This document shows, piece after piece, positions 55,784 through 64,000 of a stretch of DNA of 64,000 nucleotides; within the stretch, counting starts at the first letter, position 1, and the number at the start of each line of letters is the position of its first letter. The notes under the pieces were generated by a model. That model was not told where the DNA came from, ran no database searches, and saw only the letters and a program-made list of their open reading frames with translations. The stretch is from Rebecca billardiae RCC1528 (taxonomy: Eukaryota; Protista; Haptophyta), in the NCBI GenBank assembly GCA_965240325.2, contig OZ251255.1, positions 310,001 through 374,000 of the forward strand, read 5' to 3'. A program made the position numbers and the translations under genes.

Positions 55784-56710
55784 GTCCGGGAGTCCGGCCG
55801 GGACGATCTGAGGGCAGGAGGCTGGCCGCGCGCGCGCGCCGCCGCACGCTGGCCCTGCCGGCCGTGGGCTGCGGCCGCGCCGGGGGGCTGACGCGTCCTG
55901 CCGCCATGCGCCGTGGCGCTCGGTGGGCGCAGCGGCGCACGCGCCGTGGGCCGGCCGCCTGCCGACGCGCGAGCGGCCCACGGGGTCCGAGCTGCGGTGG
56001 AGCGGCGCAGGCGGACTTGTGCCGAGTCAGAATTCGGAGACAGACCCGGTGAGACGGTCTCGGCGATGTCGGTGTGACGAGCGGCACCGCGGTGTCGCCT
56101 CGCCGCTGCTCAGCCGGCAGAGGCTGGCGTACTCAGCCGACCGTGCGGCCCGCTGGGGCGTGCGCGCACGGTGGGCCGGCAGCGGGCGGCCGGCTCCGCG
56201 ATGTGATGGAGCCTGGGCTGTAGCTTGCTCAGCCGAGCTGCGCCTGCTGCTCACGATCGTTACAGACGGTACTGACGAGTGACGGTACCGCGGATCGGGC
56301 GGACTGACTTTGCGGATGCAGTGGTCGAAAAGGAATGCTCGCGCATCCGCGCGACAAAGCTGATGGGGGAATCGCGCGAAGATTTGTTCGTACCATCGGT
56401 CTATTTTTATCTCACCCATGGAATAGGATTTCTCACACTCGGTGACACATACAATAAGGGTATCACGCGATTTTGTACAAGCCGCTCGCGAAAGCTCGAA
56501 CTGAGCCTGAATTGCGAGATCGATTGAATAGACACCGTCTTTGGGAAGACCGAACCGCTTCAAGGTGAGCGCAGCTTGTCTTTTGAGAGTCTGAACTCGG
56601 GCAGAGTCCGGCTGGGGTCATGGTGCGCCGTGGCCCGTGGGAATCCGGGGCGGCTGGCCGCGTGGCCCGTGCCAGCAGGAGGGCCGCCACTCGCGGGCGG
56701 AGCTGCTGCG

Positions 56711-57387
56711 ATGGCGAAGGGCAGCGAGAAGATCGCGCGCTCGCAGGACGTGGTGTCGCGCGACTACACAATCCACCTGCACAAGCGGCTGCATGGCATC
56801 GGCTTCAAGAAGCGCGCGCCGCGCGCGGTGAAGGAGGTCAAGCAGTTCGCTGCCAAGATCATGGGCACCAAGGTGCGTGCGTCCGCGCGGCGGTCCGCCG
56901 GGCGCGGGGCGCGCGCCCGCGCCGGCTGGCGCGGGTGGGCGTGGGTGGGCGGGGCGGACGGGCGGGGTCTGGTGGTGGCGAGCCACCAGGTCCGCCCTTG
57001 CATCGGCTGCTCGACGCCGCGCGTCGTACGCACCCGGGCACGTCGCCACCCGAAGTCGTCTGCCGGCGGGCGCCGCGCGGCGCTCGAGTCCGCACCGGGC
57101 CGGCCCGCGTCGAGGCAGCGGTGTGGCGTCGGCCCCGCAGGCTCGGCGCGCGCTCACGCCCGCGCGCCCCGCTCCGCCCCCCGCCCGCGCAGGACGTGCG
57201 CATCGACGTCAAGCTCAACAAGCACCTCTGGTCGCAGGGCATCAAGGCGGTCCACCGTCGGGTGCGCGTGCGGCTCAGCCGCAAGAAGAACGACGACGAG
57301 GATGCCAAGGAGAAGCTGTACACGCTGGTGACGCACGTGCAGGTGGACAGCTTTAAGGGGCTCGGCGTGACCAACGTCGACGAGTAG
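56711..57387 (+). CDS. RPL31: 60S ribosomal protein L31 (eL31). Exons: 56711-56872, 57193-57387
   Basis: [41 protein letters not shown]|[37 protein letters not shown]. Confidence 0.98.
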
Positions 57388-57678
57388 GCGGGGCGTGCGC
57401 GCGCACGCGCGGGGCCGTGCGGAGGGGTGGGGCGGCAGGTGCTCCCTGGCCGCAGCGCGCTGGCCTGGCACCGCACCCGTCGCCCGCTCTCGCCGGCTCG
57501 GCCGCCCAGCCGGCCCACGGCCTGGCAGCAGACTCCGCTAGACTGTCAGGCGAGGGGCTGCGAAGCGCGCGGTGCGTGCCGATGGCGCGCCTCGACTGCC
57601 GGCTGGGAGAGCCGTCGCGGCCCACTGTCGACCGACCGATGATCAGGCACGTCCGGAAAATATAGCGGGCCTGTAGTT

Positions 57679-57755
57679 TTATTTCTACCAGATTCCATTT
57701 ACTATGTCACGGCGACAAACCCGTGCCCGCCAGTGGGAATCGGTGTCACGCCCCG
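57679..57755. repeat. 77-bp conserved block, copy 2
   Basis: Matches 42508-42584. Confidence 0.85.
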
Positions 57756-58863
57756 TTGGATGTACCTCTCACGGCCGATGATGGCGGCCTCCACGTGCGT
57801 GAGGGACGCGATTCGTGCACTCCTCGGTGACCGGTGAGCGCACGAATCCAGTTGCGGCGCTCGTCCGCCTCGTCGTCGTCGCACACGAGGTACATCCAAC
57901 ACCATGGGTCGGATCGCAGAACTCTCCGCGCGCTCGCGCTCGCGCGGCGAGGCACTGGCAGGCTTGTTCTTCATATTGGCCAAGGCTGCAGCCTGCCAGA
58001 TGCGCGAGAACGCGTGTGCATGCCTTTCCGCGCGTCATGAGTGCGCGTTGCACGCATCCTATCGTAGTCTACGCCGACGAGGCCTGAGCATCCACGTCAA
58101 CCAGCCTGCCACGATCACGTTCAAATGCAGGCGGCAAGCTGCATGCGAGCGGCACGCAACGGAAGCATCTCAAGCCCGACAAAGTAGTGGCGGAGGAGCT
58201 TGTAGAGCTGGTGGCGATTGCAGTCTATCTGTTCATCACCTGTTTAGAGTCGCCAACTGACACGGGCGCGACGTAGCCAAGGTAGAGTGCCTGCAGCTTG
58301 CAGCAAGCCCGCAGCTGCCACCTCGGCGACGATCGTCACACAACCGTGCGCCGCGACTGACCCCTGTGTCAGGGCAAAGCACCAGGCAAGGCTAAGCAGC
58401 ATGCCACGGCAACATCTTTCGCTACAGGTCAGCGCGCTAGTACGAGAATGCGCCAACGACGTGCCATCAGTACTCCGCAATCGCGCCGGCACCGCACCAG
58501 CGGCCAAGCAGCCGCCATTTTGCCGCGTTTTGGCGGATGTCGCCGTTGGGCTCTCGTAGAATGTCTCCTAAGAATTAAAACAGGCCAGCGAACTGAGCGT
58601 CGTCGTCATCATAGCAAGGGGCTTCGTCTACGTCAGGACGTCGCACGTCACCGGCGCGCAGCGCTCGCGCACGGTCATCACCCGCTCCGCGTGTTTTTAT
58701 TCATCACAGCAACGACTTCTTTTTTAAAGCGGCCGTTAGCGTGTCCAGCGGCCAGATTAATTTTCGAAAAATTACTATGCGCTGCGCGCGCGCCCCTAGG
58801 GGGCGGCGCGCGCGCGCGGCTGGTCCCCCCTGCATGCCCGCACCGTCAGCTGCCTGATTGCCG

Positions 58864-61581
58864 CTACCCAGCCCCGCTACCGTCGCGCGCGACATCCGCG
58901 CCGTAAATCACCGTCACCGAGCGGTCCGGCGAGCGCGCCGCCATCAATTTGCTCCTGAGTGCCGAAAACTCCTTCTCCGGAAGCCCAGCCTCCTCGCGCA
59001 GGAGCTTGCGCGCCGTCATGCACTCCGCGATCAGGTCGATCGCGTCGGTCTCCGCCCTGCGCTGCCATTCGCGCTGCCGCTTGGCGTACTTCTTCAGCCA
59101 GAGCCGCCGCACCTTGTCGCCGAACTCCTCTGCCCACGTCGCAAGCGACACGCGGCGCACGAGCTGCGCGACCGTCGAGATGTGCGGCTCCGCCGTCGAC
59201 TTCTTCCCCTCGGCGTACTCGCGGACGAATGAGTCGAGTGACTTGCGCGCGTGCACGAGCGGCATCGCACGCTTGGTCACCTGCACGAAATGCCCCTGCA
59301 CCTGCTCGTCCGCGAGCTGCACGAGGCGCCCCCGCCGCCTGAGGCGAGACGCCGTCTGCGCCCGCCTCCGTGACCGCCCAGACGTTGAAGCGGAGCGGTG
59401 GGACGTTGTGCGAGCCCTGGCCGGCGAGGCTGGCGAGGCTGACGTAAGCGCCGGTGCACGCCACGATGGCCTTCTGCTCCTCCGCGTAGTCGGCCGCCTC
59501 GGCGCCGCCGCCAAAACCGCCGCCGGCCGCGCTGCCGCCTGCCGAGGCAGTGCTGCCACCGAGGCCGCGCTGCTGCGCGCCGCCGCCGGCCGCGCCGCCG
59601 CCGGCCGCGCCGCCACCAGCCGCACCACCACCCGCACTGTCAGCCGCGCGGCTGGCCGCGCCACATGCCGCGCCACCGGCCACGCGGACGCCAGCACCGG
59701 CTGTGCCGCTAGCCACGCCGCTGCCACTGCCGGCCGCGCCGCCCACGCCGCCGCCCGCGCCCGCGCCCGCGCCCACGTTGCCAGCCGCGCCCCCGGCCGC
59801 GCCCCCGGCCGCGCCGCCGGCCGCGCCACCGGCCGCGCGGACGCCAGCGCCAGCGGTGCCGCCAGCCACGCAGCTGCCGCTGCTGCTGCCACCAGTGCTG
59901 CTGCTGCCGCCCGCACCGGCCGCGCCGCCGCCGGCCGCGCCACCGCCGGCCGCGCCGCCGCCGGCCGCGCCGCCGCCGGCCGCGCCGCCGCCGGCCGCGC
60001 GATCGCGAGCGCTGTCAGCCGCGCCGCTGTCCGCGCCGCCGGCCGCACCTCCGGCCGCGCCTCCAGCCGCGCGGACGCCAACGCCAGCTGTGCCGCCAGC
60101 CACGCCACTGCAGCTGCCGCCCGCGCCGCCCGCGCCGCCGCCAGCACCCGCGCCCGCGTTGCCAGCCGCGCCGCCGGCCGCGTCCGGCCGCGTCGCCGGG
60201 CGCACCGCCGCCTGGCGCGCAGTTGTCGGGCGTGCCGCCGTCGGGCGCGCCGCCACCGGGCCCGCCATCGCCCGCGCTGTCAGCCGCGCCGCCGGCCGCG
60301 CCGCAGGCCGCGCCACCGGCCGCGCGGACGCCAACGCCGGCTGTGTCGCCAGTCACGCCGCTGTCGCTGCAGCTGCCGCCGCTGCTGCCGGCCGCGCCGG
60401 CCGCGCGCGGCCGCGCCGCCGGCCGCGCCGCCGCCGGCAGTGCCGCCGCCGGCCGCGCCACCGCCCGCGCTGTCAGCCGCGCCGCTGGCCGCGCCGCCGG
60501 CCGCGCCACCGGCCGCACGGACGCCAGCGCCGACTGTGCCGCCAGCCACGCCGCTGCCGCTGCCGCTCGCGCCGGCCGCGCCGCCGCCCGTGCCCGCGGA
60601 CGCGCCCGCGTTGCCAGCCGCGCCGCCCGCCGCGCCGCCGGCCGCGCCGCCGACCGCGCAACCGGCCGCGCGGACTCCAGCGCCGGCGGCACCGCCAGCT
60701 ACGCCGCTACCGCTGCCGCTGCCGCCGCTGCCGCCGGCCGCGCCGCCGGCCGCGTCGCCGGCCGCGCCGCCTGCAGCGCCGCCAGCCGCGCCGCCCTGCC
60801 GCGCTGGCCACGTGCAGCGGCGGCAGCTGGCGGCGCCGGTCGCGGTGGGAGCCGGCCGCTCCGGATCACGTCATTGATCCCGTCGGCGTCCGCACTCCAT
60901 AGCTCGGGCATGTCCGAGTCCGGCCGCTCCGAGATGGCGATCGCCTCCGACGACGCGAGCGCAACACCCTCATAGTTGCGCACGATGGCGATCGTGGCCG
61001 CGCGCGAGTGCGCTGCGTTTGGCCCGTGTCCGCCGAGAGGAGGAGGACATGCGGCTGCCCGCGCGGGCGCGCGGACTTGCCGTAGTGCTCCAAGCGATCC
61101 AGCACGGCGCCCACGGCCTGCGCCCACGGCCGCGCCGCCGACTCGCTGCCGATCATCATCACGCCCGCGCCCGCGTGCTCGCGATTGCGCAGCGCGCTCT
61201 CACGTGAGCCAGCCACCGGCGGCGGGATCGGGTGGCGCATGCCCAGGTTGAGCCACGTCGAGAACTCTCGGGCTGGCGCGAGCCCACGATGCTCAGTGTG
61301 CGGTCCTTCTCGCGCGCCTAGTGCACGACGCCCTCGTCGTCGAGCGAGGTGAAGGCATGCAAGACGAGCGCGTCTCACGAGAAGAGCCGCAGCTTGGCTA
61401 CACGCAGCAGGTTGTTCTTCTTCCGCTGGGCCTTGATGGCGACGAGGCTGTTGACGCTGCGCTTGACCTCCGCCAGGTAGTTCTCGTTCGGCATGATCGA
61501 GTGGTCCACCTCGCTCGCGGCCTCGCGCGCGCGCAGCTTGAGCATCTCGTGCGGCTGAGCGCCGCGGCCATGCGCAGCCAT
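58864..61581 (-). pseudogene. Disrupted (or unresolved spliced) ORF of unknown function inside the 37-bp-TIR element
   Basis: Protein-like blocks in different frames: MLKLRAREAASEVDHSIMPNENYLAEVKRSV; AIVRNYEGVALASSEAIAISERP; HFVQVTKRAMPLVHARKSLDSFVREYAEG...WLKKYAKRQREWQRR. Confidence 0.5.
59520..60800. repeat. Hierarchical GC-rich minisatellite (CCGGCCGCGCCG units within longer blocks)
   Basis: Recurrent GCCGCGCGGACGCCA(A/G)CGCC.GCTGTGCCGCCAGCCACGCC blocks. Confidence 0.85.
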
Positions 61582-62731
61582 GCAGATGCGGCAGAGACGT
61601 GGCGCCCGATGCGTTAGGCACCTTTGCGATGCAGCTTGGGCTTCCTAGGCTTCGCGCAGGAACGCTTGCCCTTGCCCACGGTGAGCACAGCCGTCGCCAT
61701 TGCTGCGCGCGGCGAGCGCGGTCCCGCGCGGCCGTGCCGGGCGCAGCCGCAGCAAGTTAGTCTGATGCAAATTCCCGGTCACCCATGCAAAAGTAAGCGT
61801 TCCCGCTGCGCATGTGCGTGCATCACGAGTAACCCGCCGCCTGAATAACAACTCCGCGCCCCTCCATACACTTCCTGCATCCCCGCGCGCAGCGGCGTGC
61901 GGGCGGGCGCGAATTCGCACCGTGTTACGAACAGACCTAGCAAAGTAGATCGGTGTGGCGCGTCGGGACGCGGAGCGGGTGCGGGGCAGGCGGGGGATAG
62001 GTTGGGGAACACCCGCGATTAGAGCACCGGTGGCGCAGCGGCGACGTGGACGCCGCCACACGCGCACGCACGGCGCGCGCTCGCACCGCGAGTCGAACGT
62101 CCGCTCGCCAAGCCCTGCGACGGCGTCCGTGCGACGCCGAGCGACGAACGCTCTCGGGATTTGGCCCGGACCACCAGATTCAGCCGTTAACGGCCGAAAA
62201 TTCATTTGTTGGAGTTTCCTTAACGGCCGCTTTAAAAAAGAAATCGTTGCTGTGATGCACTTTATTTTGTCTTTTTCCTTATTCACTTTTATTATTTCCG
62301 CGCGCGATGAGAGATACATGAGTATTACATCGTCCGATGACGATACACTACGCCTGCCTGAGCTGTGTGCGTCTCTTATTCTTAGTAAACTGTACACGAC
62401 GCGAATACGATGGCGATCCGGCGGCCGCCCATGGCGGCCCACCGGCCATCGCGGGCCTACCGCACGCCCCGATGCCGCGACGAGCTGTCTCAGTGCGTGG
62501 GCGCACGCCTCGCTCGGTGCATGCTCGACGCGCGCTTGAGGCCCTCGCGAGCACGTGCGCTGCGTGCCCCGATCGCGGCACATCGGCACAGCGCCCGCGA
62601 CGGCCGACCGGGCCGACGGGGCGCCGAAGCGGCCCGAGCCAGCGGCGGGTCGCGCGCTCGTGCCGCTCGCGGTTGAGCGGCGCACTGCCTCGCACCGCAG
62701 CAGCAGCTGGTGGCACATCGACTGGGAGCCG

Positions 62732-64000
62732 TCATCGCCTTGCCCATGGCCAGCCGCCACCGGCACCACCGCCGTCACCACTGCTGCGACGTCGGCCGTT
62801 GGCTGCGGCCGGGCTGCCGGCAGCGTCTGCCGGCGCCACGGCCGCGCCGCCGGCGGAAGCGCCGGCGCCGCGCAGCCAGCCGCCGAGCCCAAGCGGCGAC
62901 TGGGCGGATGCCGCCGAGTCACGCTGGTCACTCGGCCCCAGCGAGGCCGCCCGCATCACGGCGCCGCCGGCCGCCGTGCCGCCACCACTGCCGCCACCAT
63001 CGCCGCCGCCGCCGCCGCCGGCGGCGGCGCCCGCCGCCTCCGCGTCGGCGGCAGCGCCTGCCCACGGTGTCCAGTACAGCACCGCCGCGGCCGCCTCCTC
63101 CCCCAGCAGCCGCGTGCGCACCCACAGCGCGCCCACGCCCGACTGGTCGTCCGGGTCGCCCCTCTCGAGAAGGCTCCGGAAAGCTCCGCGCGGCACGGAC
63201 GGCAGCGCGTCGGCGAGCGCGCGCACGCCGGCCGCGCCGACGCGGTTGCCGGCCAAGTTGGCCACACGGAGCGGCGGCGGCGGCGCGTCTGCGTCCGGCC
63301 GCATCGCCGCGGCCAGTGCGACGGCACCCTCCGTGCCCAGCCCGTTGCCGTGCAGGTCGAGCTCGAGCAGGTGCGCGCTCAGCCCCGCACGGAGCGCGCC
63401 GCCGAGCGCGCGCGCGCCCGCGGCGCCGAGCGCGTCAAACCCTAGGAGAAGGGAGCGCAGCTTCATGCGGGCGGCGAGGCCGGCGCCGTCGGCGCCGTCG
63501 GCGAGCGCGCGCATGCCGGCAGGCCCGAGGTTGTTGTAACCGCCGTCCAGCTCGGTGAGCGTGCGCCTGACGAAGCGGAGCGCGGCGCCGAGGTGCGCCG
63601 CGCCAGCCGGGCCGAGCCCGCAGCCGCGCACGCGCAGGCTCACGAGCGGCGCGCCGCCGCCGAGCCCGACGCCGAGCGCGCGCGCGCCCGCCGGCCCTAG
63701 CAGAACGTTCCCGGAAACATCCAGGACCGTGAGCGCGCGGTTGGTGCGCACGCGGCGCATCGCCGCCGACATGTGTGCCGGCGTGAGCCGCCGGCGGGCG
63801 AGGTTGACGGTTGGCGCGGTGCCGAGCGCAGCCAGGGGGCCAAGGGCCTGCTCCGCCTCCGCCAGCCGCCGCGCGCCGCCGCCGCCGCCGCGGCTGCTCG
63901 GCAGAGCGCGCCCGCCCGCATGGCCGCCGCCGCCTGCGGGCCCAGTGCCGCCCTCGCCGCCGCCGGGCGCGCCGCCGTCGGCCTCGATCTCGGTGCCGAG
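62732..64000 (-). CDS. RI-like (NLRC3/RanGAP-type) leucine-rich repeat protein; 5' end probably outside the window
   Basis: LTVLDVSGN, LVSLRVRGCGLGPAGA, LTELDGGYNNLGPAG, LLELDLHGNGLGTEGAVALA, LRVANLAGNRVGAAG. The 3' exon structure is uncertain. Confidence 0.8.
   Translation of the reverse strand, partial: LGTEIEADGGAPGGGEGGTGPAGGGGHAGGRALPSSRGGGGGARRLAEAEQALGPLAALGTAPTVNLARRRLTPAHMSAAMRRVRTNRALTVLDVSGNVLLGPAGARALGVGLGGGAPLVSLRVRGCGLGPAGAAHLGAALRFVRRTLTELDGGYNNLGPAGMRALADGADGAGLAARMKLRSLLLGFDALGAAGARALGGALRAGLSAHLLELDLHGNGLGTEGAVALAAAMRPDADAPPPPLRVANLAGNRVGAAGVRALADALPSVPRGAFRSLLERGDPDDQSGVGALWVRTRLLGEEAAAAVLYWTPWAGAAADAEAAGAAAGGGGGGDGGGSGGGTAAGGAVMRAASLGPSDQRDSAASAQSPLGLGGWLRGAGASAGGAAVAPADAAGSPAAANGRRRSSGDGGGAGGGWPWARR

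Larger units (their letters stand above)
58702..62257. mobile_element. 3.56-kb element with 37-bp TIRs, apparently non-autonomous
   Basis: CATCACAGCAACGA(C/T)TTCTTTTTTAAAGCGGCCGTTA at 58702-58738 and inverted at 62221-62257 (36/37 identical). Confidence 0.8.

Noticed and set aside
56280-56570. Protein-looking minus-strand ORF upstream of RPL31
   Set aside because: It has no ATG start, lower GC and no motif. It is more plausibly promoter or intergenic sequence.
57790-57910. PH-domain-like C-terminal helix (YLVCDDDEADERRNWIRAL) on the minus strand
   Set aside because: It is too short, no rest of the domain is visible, and it is not conserved in the paralogous region at ~42700.

Overview
This is eukaryotic, very GC-rich genomic DNA with GT-AG introns of GCGC-rich composition and TTAGGG-type repeats. 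A haptophyte or similar microalga is my inference only. Bases ~1-45,000 are a transposon-dense accessory region. It contains an apparently intact Helitron/Helentron-type Rep-PIF1 helicase ORF (28580-36355). Next to it is an unusual Tc1/IS630-type DD47E transposase unit carrying a 6 x 417-bp array and bracketed by two apparently identical 794-bp DIRECT repeats (36483-42483). The region also has five long foldback inverted repeats, three of them with CAAGG ends and ~7-bp target duplications (P/Galileo-like), plus several orphan repeat families. One host-like gene sits among them, with an EDR1-kinase-LRR architecture in which three LRRs are each a separate 84-bp symmetric exon. Bases ~45,000-64,000 are mostly ordinary genes: a large multi-exon Dpy-30-motif protein, a membrane desaturase, RPL31 and an RI-type LRR protein, plus a 3.5-kb element with 37-bp TIRs. 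Most ORFs in the six-frame track are GC-content artefacts. All calls are by eye; no database searches were run.
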